A stretch of 64,000 nucleotides of DNA from contig OZ024741.1 in the NCBI GenBank assembly GCA_964016885.1, forward strand, positions 166,470,001 through 166,534,000, read 5' to 3'. The translations under genes and the position numbers were made by a program. How positions within the stretch are numbered: the first letter of the stretch is position 1; every line of letters starts with the position of its first letter. The notes beneath the pieces are model-generated. The model worked only from the letters and a program-made list of their open reading frames with translations, searched no databases and was not told the origin of the DNA. Source of the DNA: Eledone cirrhosa. Taxonomy: Eukaryota. Below, one piece after another: positions 30,555-44,245 of this stretch.

Positions 30555-32414
30555 GTATTAGTTATACTATTTATGGTTATGTAAATACAAAACCTTAAGC
30601 AGTTGTAAGTATTTTACACACACCCTAAATAGTGGTAGGCAGTAATGTATTACTACCTTATTACCAGTAAGTTAAGTAGCTCAATGTAAAAACATCAGAC
30701 GATTTACAGAGCAGTTATATGAAATATAAGAATCAAAGAACTGTTCAAAACATTATTGTGCTTACAGCTGTTTCCTCCAAACCGAGGTTTGGATTCTTCG
30801 GAGCAATTTATTAATGCATGGACAGTTATATGACCTCCTTTTCAGCCGAGAGACATACCAATGCATATTCAAACATTGATACATATTCAAACATTGTGGG
30901 TCAACATTCATTACAGAATTTAGAGTGGCAGTACACACTTCCAGATTACATTTATATTAATAGGTACAATCAAAAATCAAAGATATAGGTTAAAGTACAA
31001 CATGAAGATAAGTGGTTATATAGTGCAAATGTTATATGTGTGGCACGCATGTGCGTCTTGTTTATATAGTGTGGCAGAGAGATATGTGTGGTAGAGGCAC
31101 TTAGGTAGGTAAATAAGAGTGTTAGGTTGGTAGATCTGGTGGCAAAATCTTTATATGATTGATATAGTCTGTGTGTGGAGAAATATTATAAGCATTAAAG
31201 ATAGTGCAAGCATTAAAAGTGTTATAAGTATTGGAGATGCACAGCGCAGGGATGTCAAGTAATTCATGTACTTCGGCATTTTCATGGTCAAGGGAGTGTA
31301 TATTTCGATTATATGCCTTTCACATAATCCACGACAATCCAGTTAGAGATCGTAGTCTGGTGTTCTTTAGTTCGATACAGGAGGTTGTTACGTTTCGAGA
31401 AACGCCATTGAATACCGGAAGTGTGTGTGTGGCTAAGGGGAGTTAATGCATGCGGGGAGGTAACTCTGGGGTTTCTATATCTAGCCATTAAAATGTGTCC
31501 CAATATAGACCCTAAATTCTATGGTGAAGTGCACCTTCCAAGAGAGACTTTTAAAGCATAAAGTGTATTAACTATAGAGTAGTTTAACTAAGTTATGCTG
31601 AAGGTGATCATATTATTATGGTGGATTAACCCAACTTAAGGTGCTACAAATGGAAATTATAGATGATGAGCGAGGATTCTAAATTAATGATCTCTGTGGT
31701 TGTAGTCTGCTCATATGACCAGGCGCGGTGATTGCAGGATTGCTTCAGGACCCAATGATCTCTGGTAAGATCTGGGTCATCGCTTGCTACATTGGATGTC
31801 GAAAGATAATCGTCCCCAGGCAGGCCAAAGGTCAATCCGCAGTCCTCGCGACCCCTCTCTGACCGTCAGGTCATCCATATACGTACAACCCGCACGGCAG
31901 TTGCATTGCATTCACTCACTGCGCTCAGCAGCCCGGTCCTACTAGTCAACAGCGCTACTCGATTAAATCATTTTACATCTGTCTAAGGAAGGTGTTTCCT
32001 CTGCCCAACACCATCCAGCCGATCAATTCATGCTCAAATTACCCTTAGAGCGGTGTAGTGCCGTTCAAGTGGGTGGATGTTGTCACACCTGCCGTAGAGG
32101 TATAAATGGGTATTTTCCCTGCGAAGGGTTCCAGAGGGATGTCGTTGTTTGTGTTATAATGGATCAGCTAGTGTTGGGTGTGTAGTATAGGGTGTGTCTC
32201 TGGTGTTTGATGCTAGATGTGGTGTTAGGTTCCAGTCCGACATTGCTATATATAGGGCTTAAAGTTTTGGAAGGAATGTCTGAGGCGGTGCTGGCAAGTT
32301 GCAAACACCTCAGATTTTTTGTTAAGTAGGTTACGGTTGGAGAAGATAATATTGTGTGTCTCTAGTATACAGAGGTTACAGAATTTATTAGGTGGTTTGT
32401 ACGAGGTCGCGCTG

Positions 32415-32415
<1 letters not shown>
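30555..32415 (-). mobile_element. PLE 3' fragment: GIY-YIG C-terminus (about 32250-32415), 1.7-kb 3' UTR and HHR
   Basis: Manual translation [18 protein letters not shown]...LLNKKSEVFATCQHR; (TA)-rich tracts on both sides. Confidence 0.85.
30759..30805 (-). ncRNA. Type I hammerhead, CCGAAGA (U4C) variant
   Basis: tgct CCGAAGA a-tccaaacc-tc-ggtttgga-g GAAA cagctGTA agca; palindromic ACAGCTGT. Confidence 0.82.
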
Positions 32416-32446
<31 letters not shown>

Positions 32447-32981
32447 AATATATATATATATATTTATATATATTTATATATATATATATATTTATATATA
32501 TTTATATATATTTATATATATATATATATACATTTATATATATATGTATATGTATATATATTGGTTTCCACCTGTTTATGGTGGGGCCAATAATTTTGTT
32601 AAAATTTAATGTGGCCTTGAAGAGATGGCTTCAGTGAGGTTAGGCGGTGAGTGCTATAGTGTTTGTGGTAGAAGCTCATCGCCTAAGGTTTCTTTGAAGA
32701 ATATGCTCAAGTTATTCATGTGTGTGTGTCGATGGTGTGTGTGTGTGTGTGTTGTTGTTGTTGTGTGTGTGTTGTTGTGTGCGTGTGTGCGCGTGTGTGT
32801 TTCGTCCTAATATTTTGGGACTTAAAATTCCCTTCCTCGGAGTATAGGAAACTCTCGGAACAAAACGTTCAAGTTTATTCGCTTTGTAATTAGATTTAAA
32901 ACCTTTTTTTATTTGCATTGTTTACACACACACACACACACACACATAAGCACACATACACACACATACAAACACACACAC

Positions 32982-33015
<34 letters not shown>

Positions 33016-33016
33016 A

Positions 33017-33094
33017 TATGGTGTGTCCCCAAAATGTTTACAAACTTTTATTAGAATGTTGTTGAAGTGTGTATACATTTTTGGGAACACCCTG
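33017..33094. mobile_element. 78-bp Tc1-like MITE
   Basis: ggtgtgtccccaaaatgtttacaaactt / aagtgtgtatacatttttgggaacaccctg-TA. Confidence 0.7.
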
Positions 33095-33511
33095 TATGTA
33101 TATATGTACGTATGTATGCATGCATGTATGTATATCCTTTGAAGTCCATCGAATGATTCTCAAGTGAGATGAAATTGGTCAGTCACTATGAGGAATGGTA
33201 CATTCAATTCCCTTCTTATTCTGGGCAGCAAGAATGTATTTGGGTATTTTTACTTTCCAGCATCCTCCTATTCTGCGGTTACTTAATGTTCTGTGTTTTT
33301 GGTGGCTTCTGGTTGGGGGAGTTTACGGCCCTGTGTCTCAATCAAGAATACTTCAGTCTCAGTTTCGAATATTGCACATCTCGGTCAGTATGGCGAACTT
33401 TCATTTTCTACTCCCACTCAGTTCATCCTGTTCAGATACTACTGGCCATAAAGGGACTTTTCTGGCTATCGTTTTACCATGGCATTCTGTAGTCCCATAT
33501 TTAGCTTAGCC

Positions 33512-33820
33512 CAGGCATGGGCAAACCTTTTCGAGAAGCGGGCCGCATGAGATATGGCTCATCATCAGGCGGACCGCAAGCGTTAATTTACATTCGTGCC
33601 CACATTAAAAAAAAGGGTGGTAACTCAGGTTGTTTCGATTTGTTTCTTCAGAATTGGTACATATTGTTTTCCTCGATCGTAAAAATGAATTAAAGATAAA
33701 TTACAACTGAAAATTTGGGGTAAAAAAATCAGAAAGATTTCACTTAGGTGACTTAGAGAAGCCATTCGGGAAGCTTCGCGGGCAACATGCGGCCCGTGGG
33801 CCGCAGGTCGCCCTTGACTG
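33512..33820. mobile_element. hAT (Charlie-like) MITE
   Basis: CAGGCATGGGCAAAC...GCGGGCCGCA and TGCGGCCCGTGGGCCGCAGGTCGCCCTTGACTG termini; degenerate NNCTAGNN-type target. Confidence 0.75.
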
Positions 33821-33966
33821 TTCTAGTCTTTGCACAAATTATGTTGTTGTTTCTTTTTTTATCTTTATAGTTATGTCATTTGAACTTCTGTTTTAATTTG
33901 TAGGTTTCTTTGAATACAAAAAACAGTAGTGTGTATTTCGCAGTCACGTGTATGCATTTTCCATTA

Positions 33967-34470
33967 TTTGCAGTATCATTAGAGCCTCAGGCATGCTTTG
34001 CGGCATATAGTTACGGCCCTTTACATCCTGAGTTCAAATTCCGTCGAGGTTAACTTTGCCTTTCATCCTTACGGGGTCGATAACATAGAGTACCAGTAAT
34101 GTACTGGGTAATTGCTGGCCTTGTGCCAAAAGTAGAAACAATTATTATGATTGGTGGATTGGTAGAATTGTTAGAGCCTCAAACAAAATGCTTTGTGGTA
34201 TTTGTTCTGCTCCATTACATTCAAATCCCAGCAAGGTTAGCTTTGCTTCTCATCATTATGGGATTGATAAAATAAAGTACCAGTTGTGCCTAGTACCAGA
34301 CAAGTAGAGTTATGGCCCTTTACGTTCTGAGTTCAAATCCTGCCATGGTTAGCTTTGCTTTTCATCCTTACGGCGTCGATAAAATAAAGTACCAGTAATG
34401 CAATAGGGTCTATTTAATCGACTTTCCCTTCCTCTAAGATTGTTGGCCTTGTACCTAAAGTAGAAATCAT
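33967..34470 (+). mobile_element. Three head-to-tail Meta-like SINEs (33967-34148, 34152-34285, 34306-34470)
   Basis: Core gcctttcatcc...gtcgataaaataaagtaccag occurs three times, with variants. Confidence 0.85.
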
Positions 34471-34474
34471 TTTT

Positions 34475-34915
34475 TACTAGATATTCTTATAGATTTACAG
34501 TAGATATTATATAAGATATTTCTGGTTGGATACCACCCTCCTATTAGTGATAAATATAATCTTTCTATATCAGGTTTGGGTGGAGTGTTCTAAATGCAGT
34601 CATTCGTTTAGATATTTTTATCTGGTCTTGGTAGAAGGTTTATTGTTTTAAAAATGTATGGTCCCGTAACTCCTGATAAAGTCGTAGGGGCGCCGTATTG
34701 GCATACGGCGTTTCTTGCTGAGTACAACAGATTTCTTCTAGGGAAAGATAGAAAGTAAGAGGAGAGGAAATGAGAATGAGATATAGAGGAAGAATCGACT
34801 CCAGTACTAGACTCGTACTTTTTTTATCGACTTCGAAAAGATGAAAGGCAAAGTTGACCTCGGCGGGATTTGAACTCCGAGATTAGTTCTAACGACTCTG
34901 CCAATTCGCCGCCTA
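34475..34915 (-). mobile_element. Second copy of the SINE + R4-like composite
   Basis: Reverse complement of 11171-11687 with small deletions. Confidence 0.8.
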
Positions 34916-35189
34916 ATGTATAGTATACCTGTGACTTATTACTCGATCAGCTAGAATATTGATGTTTATTGCCCTATTTTGAACAGTTTTTGTTTTAAAT
35001 AATACTCTAATGTGTAATATACCTTCCTAATCTTTTCTTTCATATGTATGTGTAGTACACTATCTAGTTCATTGATTCTCAAGTATTTGTATGTGATGAA
35101 TCTAATTCCCTTATCTCAGTTTCTTTATCTGGTATGATGCTTCTCAACTATTTTTACCAAACCCTCTTCGATTTTCCATTATACTATCT

Positions 35190-35960
35190 ATGCTATATTT
35201 CACTCTTAAAAGGATTATTCGATCTAACTCTTTCCCTACTGCAACCATTTAAAGGTAAACTTAAGGTAGATATAACTGCCGTTTTTAAGCCTTCGTTGTG
35301 AAAAGAATGATATATGAAGAAAAAAAACACTTTAAACTATTCCTCTGAATACAGAAACACATAACGGATTATCCTGATGCATTTCAGATATTATTGTTTC
35401 CTCATCAGAGAATATTATAGGAAGGGCGGGGGAGGCAGAGACAATTGGAGTCTGGTTCCTTTGTATTCGGACCTAGTGTATATGTTTTACGGATACACTT
35501 TCTCTAACTACTTTTTATTTCTGTCTGCAGGTGTGTGTTAATCTTGACTATTATGTTTATCCATCTCTGTATATCATCTAAAGAATGAATATTTAAACGA
35601 AATGCTAAAATATTACTCCTATGATTTTGTGAACGAAGAAATATTGCTATAGTAACGCTTATTATATCGTACAGAATATAGAAAATACCTGCAACTTTCA
35701 ATCTAATTTGCATGATATGCATATATTTGACGGCGTAATTAAATATTTATTTTAGAACACAATAATTTCTTAAATACATCAGGATAATATCTTATGTTTT
35801 TCTATGTATAGTTGAAAGTATTTACACTTCATTTTTCACTATTTCTACAACGAACGATTTTAATAATAAATATTATAACTACCTTAAATTTACCTTTAAA
35901 TGTTTGCAACGGCGAAAGAGCTAGATAGAATAATCCTTTTAAAAGTGATGAATTGCATAT
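35190..35960. mobile_element. Old MITE-like element with about 220-bp degenerate inverted arms
   Basis: aaaaggattattcgatctaactcttt...catttaaaggtaaacttaaggtag versus ctaccttaaatttacctttaaatg...aaagagctagatagaataatcctttt. Confidence 0.7.
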
Positions 35961-36183
35961 AATAATTGTTTCTAGTATAGGCACAAGGCAAGTAATTTGG
36001 GGGAAGGGGGGAGTCGATTAAATCGACCTCAGTGCATTACTGGTCTTTATTTTATCGACCCCGTAAGGATGAAAGACAAAGTTGACATCGGCGGGATTGT
36101 GAACTCAGAGCGTAAAGGGCCGTAACTCGATGCTGCAAAGCATGGTGTCCGACGCTCTACCGATACTGCCACTCCACCGACCT
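35961..36183 (-). mobile_element. Full-length Meta-like SINE with a 14-bp TSD
   Basis: ttgcatataataat at 35953-35966 and 36184-36197. Confidence 0.9.
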
Positions 36184-37159
36184 TTGCATATAATAATGGC
36201 TGAGATTGCCATTCAGCAGTGTTGATATGTATTTAATATCCTCCGGGGTCAAACTTGCCTTTTAGCCATATATACCCAATGGAGAAAGTACCTGTTATAT
36301 ATTGGGGTAGTCAATTGACTACGGTTGTTCTACTAATTAATTAATGTGCATGTGTGCATTTATGTGCGCGCGCGTGCATGTGTGTGAGTGTATTTGTGTG
36401 CGTGCGTGCGTGTTGGACGAGAATAAATTGTGTGTATGTTACGTGACTCTGTTTTGGTGAAAAGTTTGCCATAATATTTTCATATCCATAGTTATTATTA
36501 GGTTTCGGCAGAAATTAAACGAAATAGTTTAGCTGTGCGGTGTTTTGTTAAGTTGACTCCCATCATCAAAAACGCTAACATGACTTTATAGCCATACTTA
36601 AATGTTGGTCATATCTCTATAATGTTAGAATAACGATCCTATAAAAATCAGACTTGTAAAGATAATTATCAATAAAATTGTAAGTTCTAACGGTATACAC
36701 CTCCAAAAAAACTTCTAAATAAAACAAACAGTAAAGGCCTCTTGATGCATTGCACGATTTAGCTTCAAACTTTGCCATTTTATTGCCGAAAACAGTATAA
36801 AAAAGTTTTTTTCAATTATTTTTTAGCAGTTGTAGAAGTAAATATTTCAGAAAAACACTGTACAAATGAAATACTTCACAAAACACACTGTATAAATGAA
36901 AAATGGCGGCGCACAAAATTTCGTTTGGGTTCATGTAAATACAAAAATGTTTATGTTTCAGTTGTGCTAAACATCGAATTATTTACTTTCGAATCCTTAA
37001 TTTTCTGATGCATTATTTAGTTCTAAAATGTTAATTGTTAGTTTTTTTTTTCTTTCTATATTCATTTTTGTTAATTCAATTTGTATCTGTATATATTTTA
37101 GTTGTATGTATGTATGTATTTATGTTATCTCTTTCTCTTAATTTCGAGTATATTTTTTT

Positions 37160-39880
37160 TGACCGGCCACCTTCCTGGTGGCAAGGTTGTAAAAGAAAAG
37201 AAATTGTCATCCCTTGAATCGCAAGAATGTTTTGCAAATTTTGAAGGTGCCAGCTATCGCAACCATTTGTAGACTATGAATTAGGGAGCTGCGCTTTTTG
37301 TTCGCAAATCCAAGTTCAGGGATACTTTGGTCCAAGCGGGTTGGTATATAACCCATAGCTCCAATAATGATGGGTATGAAGCTAAAGGTGTATCTTGGAT
37401 ACTGGATTTGTAAACTCCTCATCAATGGTCCGTAGATGTCCTCCTTCTCCTGTATTTTTCTGACAACGTTTACATCAAGTGGGCAGCTGATCTCCACAAC
37501 AGAACACGTTTTCAATGTGTGGTCCCAAACAACAATATCAGACCGGTTGTGCTTTAATTTGGTGGCAGTTTTTATATTCAGGTTCCACCAGTATTCCTTA
37601 GTGCCATCTGTCTCAATATATTCTTCATCGTTTGTTGTTAATTTTGTTTTCCGAAGTGCGTTCCAGATGGATCTAGCTATCCCATCGTGTCTCATGGGGA
37701 GGTAGTAGCGAGATGACATTCTTTCGCAGCTGGCAACAATGTGGCTACATCCTCGATCTTTGTTTTACATAGCCTACATTTATTGTCAGCTGCTGGCCCT
37801 CCTCTTTTGTGCAGCAGATATTTGGTAGGGAGTTCTTGTTCCTGTATTGCATAGAGATATCCCTTAAGGTGTGATGTCATAAACTTGTCGGAACTCCATA
37901 CCAGGCTTTTTGAGTGGTTTATCCCCTCTATGGTCTGTGTTTTACGTCTCAAGTATCCATGCACAACTTTTTCTGTAAATTGGTCAATTTTTTAATCTTG
38001 TTTGAACATTGAATAGGATCTTCCGATTTCTCTGGGTGAGAGATTTATATCAGGCTTTATTCCATATCTCTCCTCCAGATCAGTCGCTATTCTAATGATA
38101 TTTTTTTTTCATGCTCATAAACCTGGGCAAGATGGTTGCCAAACTTTTTCCTCTGTTGAAGGTGTTGCTTCAGTGTTACTATCCTTGCGTGTGAAGTATA
38201 GCCTATCCACATCACCATTGATGTTAAAGTTCCCAGTAACACTGCAATGACCAGTTCAGCAGGCCAAATGTTGGCGTTAGAATTGGCACAGCATAAGTAT
38301 TGTGGGCAATGTATTTGTTGTACGCTGACAGTTCTTATGACCATATTTTCTTTACTCTTCTGAGGTATTCAGTTCTGGTTCTCTCCTTATTTATGGGTCC
38401 ATCATATCTGACATTCTCATCCTGTCAAAGATATCTGTAGTTGTCACCTGAATGTAGAGGTTTTATTGTCAGGCCGTTCATCTCTAGATTTCTAGAGGAG
38501 GGCACATCTCTTCCACGTTTTACTGCCAAATATGCACACTTGGACTCACCAAATTTCATTTTGATGTCGGTTGAAAATTGTGTAATTAGGTCCAATTGTT
38601 TCTTGATGTCATTGATATTTGGCCCATACAACTTCAGGTCATCAACAAAGAAAAGATGGGAGATACTTCTGGACCCACTTCTTTGTCCATCTTGTTTCCT
38701 GAGTAGGTAAGATAGTGGATTCAGTGAAATAACTAAGAGTAGCAAGCTATCACCCTGACAAGCTATCACCCTGAAAGATGCCCTTCTGGTAATGTATCTT
38801 ATCAGTCCTAACTTGCTCCTTCTCACCTCTAAGGATCAAATTGGTGTACCAATTCTTGGTCAGGCGTTCAACAGCAGCTACAAATGCTTTTTGATAGTCC
38901 AGCCACACTACAATCATGTTTTTGCGATTCTTTGTTGTTTTTTCCTGAATCATTTTATTAGTTAGTAGGTGATCTATGCAACCCCACACCTCCCTCTTTC
39001 CACCAGCTTGCTCAGGTGTTATGATGTTGTTGGTAGCACAGTGATCCTGTAAGAACAGGTTAAGGCAGCCAGTATATAATTTATACATGAAGTTTTGGCA
39101 GGCTATTGGGCGGTAATTTTTAGCAAGGGTGGTTTGGCTATTTTGGGGAATGAGGAGAGTAGTGGCAGTTGATAACCATCTGGGCAGTTCTTGTGTGCCT
39201 TTAATGGTTTCTGTAAACAGCCGTATGAGATCTTGCCGATAGAAAGTGAAATTCTTCAACCAGTATCCTGTAATGAGGTCTGGGCCTGGCGATTTCCTAT
39301 TCTACATTTTCTGTAGAGCTGTTTCCAGTATTGACCCATCTATGTCATATTGTTTTGTCTGGACATGTTGGCAGTAGTCCTGTTCCAGTTCTTTTAGCCA
39401 ATTAGTTTGTCTGTTGAATCCGTCATCCGTTTCCGATACAGACCTCCAGTAGCTCTCAACCTGTTCTTTTGAAGGGGTGTCATTTACAGGGATTGAGCTT
39501 TTGCCACCGAAGCTGCGATAAACTGATTTAGGATCTCTGGCAAACAATCTATTTAGCAATTGTCGTTTATGTGCTGTTGACTTATATATTAGTCTTTCTG
39601 TTGTAGCTGTGAATTGTTGTTTCAACTGGTGTAATTTGGAGTTCAAAGTTTTAAATTTTGTATCTCCAAATCGTCTCTCTAACTTTTTTTAGGTCTTCCT
39701 GGTGCTGTGTGAAGTTGCTCTCTATGTTGCATTTCATAACGACTGCGATGTGTGAGATTCTTCGTCTCGGGGACAAAATTTTGGTTTTTAAATTTCGCAT
39801 CCACGGTGGTTCAGGCTTTCTGTTTGTATCTTGATTGCGTCGTTTTAGATGTGTGTTATATGATAGCAATGTGACAACTG
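37160..39880 (-). pseudogene. R4/Dong-like non-LTR retrotransposon (RT, CCHC knuckle, restriction-like endonuclease), degenerate
   Basis: NYRPIAC, WLDYQKAF, GIFQGDSLS, SHLFFVDDLKLY, CRLCKTKIE, RHDGIAR, NRSDIVVWD...VEISCP. Confidence 0.92.
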
Positions 39881-39970
39881 AAACATATAACAAAAGATGT
39901 ATGTATGTATGAAACATATAACAAAATGTATGTATGTATGTATGAAACATATAACAAAATGTATGTATGT

Positions 39971-40200
39971 ATGGTCGGGTCGTTGGCGACTAAATTGGCA
40001 ACCCCACCAAGGTTTCTTGGTGAGGAGGGTGACTTTGGACATCCTGCAGGACTAAAAACAAAACCTGTCAAAGGGCAAAGGAGCTCTTAAGAGTCAACGG
40101 CCATCCAAAATCACCGGGAGAGATGACCCCTTAGCCTTTGTCAAGACAGAATTCTAGGAGAAGGAAAACTCTGATATAACACCTGCAACCCTGATGGTAT
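39971..40200 (+). mobile_element. RTE 5' UTR fragment after (TATG)n; another at 40931-41051
   Basis: Homologous to the reverse complement of 15810-16103. Confidence 0.75.
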
Positions 40201-40205
40201 CCAAT

Positions 40206-40524
40206 GATGTTGACTTGTTCTTCTTTTTGGTAAATATCATCTGATTAAGACAGTAGGACTGACTTTGTGCAGTGCCTTTGCTCACTATAAAAGCTTCACG
40301 GCACAAGCATTGCTTTATATCTGGAGATCTCTCTGCACTTGTCATCACATGGTACCATGGGCCCAGCACTATGTGTCAATAATTGTCACAAGTGTAGTGT
40401 TTGTACCAGAGTTTTCAAGTCGCTGGCTGGACTAAAAATCACACTCGTTCAGCGCATCGGTAGGAGTTCTCCTACATGGATATAAAGTAGTGGCCGTACT
40501 CGAAAACGAGTTGGCAGCCACCAT
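40206..40524 (-). mobile_element. Probable 5' end of the R4/Dong-like LINE; second copy 63682-64000 (+)
   Basis: The two copies are highly similar, both start GGTGGCTG right after a microsatellite, and this one is co-oriented upstream of the R4-like ORF. Confidence 0.55.
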
Positions 40525-40525
40525 G

Positions 40526-40559
<34 letters not shown>

Positions 40560-41050
40560 TGTATATATATGTGTATGTATGAATGTATATGTGTGTGTGT
40601 GTATGTATGTATGTATGTATGTATATATGTATGTATGTATGTATGTGTGTATGTATGTATATATGAATATATATGTGTATGTATGTATGTATGTATGTAT
40701 GTATGTATGTATGTATGTATGTATGTATATATGTGTGTATGTATGTATGTATATGTGTATGTATGTATGTATGTATGTATGTATGTATGTATGTATGTAT
40801 GTATGTATGTATGTATGTATGTATGTATGTATGTGTGTATGTGTGTATGTATATGTGTATGTATGTATGTATGTATGTATGTATGTATGTATGTATGTAT
40901 GTATGTATGTATGGATGTATGTATGTATGTCAGGTCACCAGTTGGTGCTACTGGAAACATGTATCCCAGTACAACCTGTCTCATGGTCGGGTCATTAGCG
41001 ACTAAACTGGCAACCCCACCAAGGTTCTTCGTGAGGAGGGTGACTTTGGA

Positions 41051-41474
41051 CAATTTTTTAAGCTAACTCCAACAATAACAATACTTAGAATGAGGAATGT
41101 TCTAATAACTGACCAATGAGAGGAGAAGAGGCCCTTTGACACTGAGATTCGTTTGTTTGAATTCATATGATTCCAGTTTCTCAGTGAAATAACAACCCAA
41201 CCAGGAACTGGGCATATCAGAGTATTGACAATATTATACACCTCAACAACATATGTACTTGTCTATACCATACCGCCGGTCAGTCAATGGTAACATTGAG
41301 GACCCAGTATATTAGATTACCGATATAAAAGACACAGAAGCGAGAAGCGAAAACCAACCAAACAGTGAGTGTGTTCTGTTATTAATTCTGGCAATATTAC
41401 ACAAATATGAGCCTCCCCAAGTATAACAATATTTGTTTCGACACACGATTTCATATAAAAAAAACCTCGCAAAA

Positions 41475-41478
<4 letters not shown>
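41051..41478 (+). mobile_element. PLE-terminal-like element sharing a 221-bp module with 46367-46588 and a tail with 3892-3975
   Basis: Direct sequence match. Confidence 0.65.
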
Positions 41479-41540
<62 letters not shown>

Positions 41541-41652
41541 TTCTTTCTTTCCCAATTGCTTAACATGTTCAACATCACATTATTTTCTCTCCAACATTTT
41601 ATACCAATACAAATCCCCCCTTTGATAATGCATAAAATGCTGAAACCGGTAA

Positions 41653-41851
41653 TAGACAATTATTAAATATATAAATAAATAAATAAATAAATAAATGCCA
41701 TTGTTAATTAATAAATAAATTAACTAATACCTTAACACTTCACACAATGTAAAATATTTTGTTTTAAACATTTTCTGACCTAGAAAAAAGAGAAAATAAT
41801 AAAAGGAAAAAAATATATTTTTCTTCATAATAATCGTTTTTTCTCCCTATT

Positions 41852-41853
<2 letters not shown>
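41653..41853 (+). repeat. Dispersed 200-bp repeat, also at 57626-57826
   Basis: tagacaattattaaatatataaataaataaat...ttttctccct. Confidence 0.85.
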
Positions 41854-41928
<75 letters not shown>

Positions 41929-42123
41929 CGTAAAACTTGAACCTTTAAGGTCTCATTCCTGGATATGTCAAGAAATATATATAATAGAATAAATATGGTT
42001 TTATAAATATAGTTTACATTTGTTAATATCATTGATATTATACTCCAAAAAAATGTCGAGTGCTTCGAATCTGTTATAAATATATATATTTGTTGAATTA
42101 CCAACAAATTAAATATCCCTTTG

Positions 42124-42183
<60 letters not shown>

Positions 42184-42485
42184 TACAATATATTTAGAAA
42201 CACACAGATACATGCGGACACACACATATACATGAATGCATCCACACCCAACCGTGAGTTAATGGTTCCAACCTCACCGATGTTGCTCAATGAATGACTG
42301 GGACAGACCAATCCGGTTGAACTAGACTGAACCAGTATCAGAGTTAAAAATACATTATGAAGAGAGAAGAAACATTTAGATATAATTAGTAATAAAATGT
42401 ATCATACCTAAACTGCTCCTAGATTCCTCGACTACGTAGTTTCGTGGCATAAACAAAACCAATACATCATAAAGATATAGAGTCT

Positions 42486-43488
42486 ATGTATACGTACATA
42501 CATATATGTATACAGACGTACAGTAGTATGTATATATATATACATACATGCACACATATATATATGTATGTATGGATTTACCGAGCATTTATTATAATGC
42601 TCGGTTTGTTTGTAAACAAACATCCCGAATTAAGCCGTACAGTGTTTAGCAACCATCGTTGCCTTTTTGTTCAACACTGTCAAAGGAACGATGTACTAGT
42701 TTCAAGCTTATTAGCTATCGTCAGCACGGTATACCTTCCTGCCAGATGATTGAACGTCTGAAAGTATATACTTTCCTTATGCATATTAACAGCTGAACAG
42801 CCTAATTTGCATATCGAGTGAGTTAATCGGCCGGGCGCACCGAAAACGATAAATGGAAAAAATGAAACGAAATTTCATTTCTCTACTCTTAGTACGGCTG
42901 TTACTTAAATATAAGTATATATACGTACATACATATATGTATACAGACGTACAGTAGTATGTATATATATATACATACATGCACACATATATATAGATGT
43001 ACGAATGGATTTACCGAGCATTTATTATAATGCTCGGTTTGTTTGTAAACAAACATCCCATTTATCGTTTTCGGTGCGCCCGGCCGATTAACTAACTCAC
43101 TCGATATGCAAATTAGGTTGTTCAGCCGTTAATATGCATAAGGAAAGTATATACTTTCAGACGTTCAATCATCTGGCAGGAAGGTATACGGTGCTGACGA
43201 TAGCTAATAAGCTTGAAACTAGTTCATCGTTCCTTTGTCAGTGTTGAACAAAAGGACAACGATGGTTGCTAAACACTGTACGGCTTTATTCTGGATGTTT
43301 GTTTACAAACAAACCGAGCATTATAATAAATGCTCGGTAAACCCATACGTACATATATATATGTGTGCATGTATGTATATATATACATACTAGTACGCTG
43401 TATACATATATGTATGTACGTATACATACTTATATTTAAGTAACAGCCGTACTAAGAGTGAGAAATGAAATTTCGTTTCATTTTTTTC

Positions 43489-43493
<5 letters not shown>
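42486..43493. mobile_element. Retrozyme-like family B: 1.3 tandem units (-) plus one full inverted monomer 43059-43493 (+)
   Basis: Period 431 bp (42491 vs 42922); HHRs at 42689-42728 (-) and 43189-43229 (+). Confidence 0.88.
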
Positions 43494-43528
<35 letters not shown>

Positions 43529-43832
43529 TTATTAAAATAACAGATTAAAGTTTAAGCAAAGAATCGCTGCTTTCACCCTTAACGGGATCTTCTGAAACTC
43601 ATATATATATATATTCATATTCATGAATACATATGCACTCAAACGGATACACACGTGTTTATATAACCAAGTAACCTTCAATGTGATTTAGGTATAATAC
43701 TCTTATACCTCTGTCAATTTCCTAAAATACCTCTATTTTATCCACTTGTTTTGTTTAATGCATGTGAGTCTTTTATACCTATGATTGAGTTTGTTTCTTT
43801 AAATGATTAAAGGTCCTCAAACATTTCAGATA

Positions 43833-44020
43833 ACTGTTTCTACATTTGGCACAAGTCCAGCAATTTCCAGTGTATTACTGGTACTTTATTTTATCGACGC
43901 CGTAAGGATGAAAGACAAAGTTAACCTCGGTGGGATTTGAACTCAGAATGGCAAGGGCCGTAACTATATGCGTCAAAGCATGGCGTTCGACCCTCTACCG
44001 ATTCTACCAATCCATCGCCC
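43833..44020 (-). mobile_element. tRNA-derived Meta-like SINE
   Basis: Same core. Confidence 0.85.
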
Positions 44021-44204
44021 GAAACGTTATAGATAATGTTAATCAACTACCGGGAACGAATTGGGGATTATTTAATTTTTTTTTTCTTTATGCAAATAGA
44101 TAATACTATAAATTCAAGGAAGTTAACTAAAGATAGGTTGTCCATATGTGTTGAGTAGGTTATGAGACAAGATTGAACGTTCAATCGACTGACAGGAAGG
44201 TATA

Positions 44205-44245
44205 CGGTGCTGATGACAGCTAATAAGCTAGAAACTAGTTCATCG
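44205..44245 (+). ncRNA. Hammerhead ribozyme (family B) in a truncated copy at 44176-44461
   Basis: cggtg CTGATGA c-agct-aata-agct-a GAAA ctaGTT catcg. Confidence 0.82.

Larger units (their letters stand above)
30015..32642. repeat. Inverted pair (30015-30100 / 32560-32641) flanking a nested PLE
   Basis: acctcactgaagccatctcttcaaggccaca...aacaggtggaaaccaat and its reverse complement. Confidence 0.8.
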
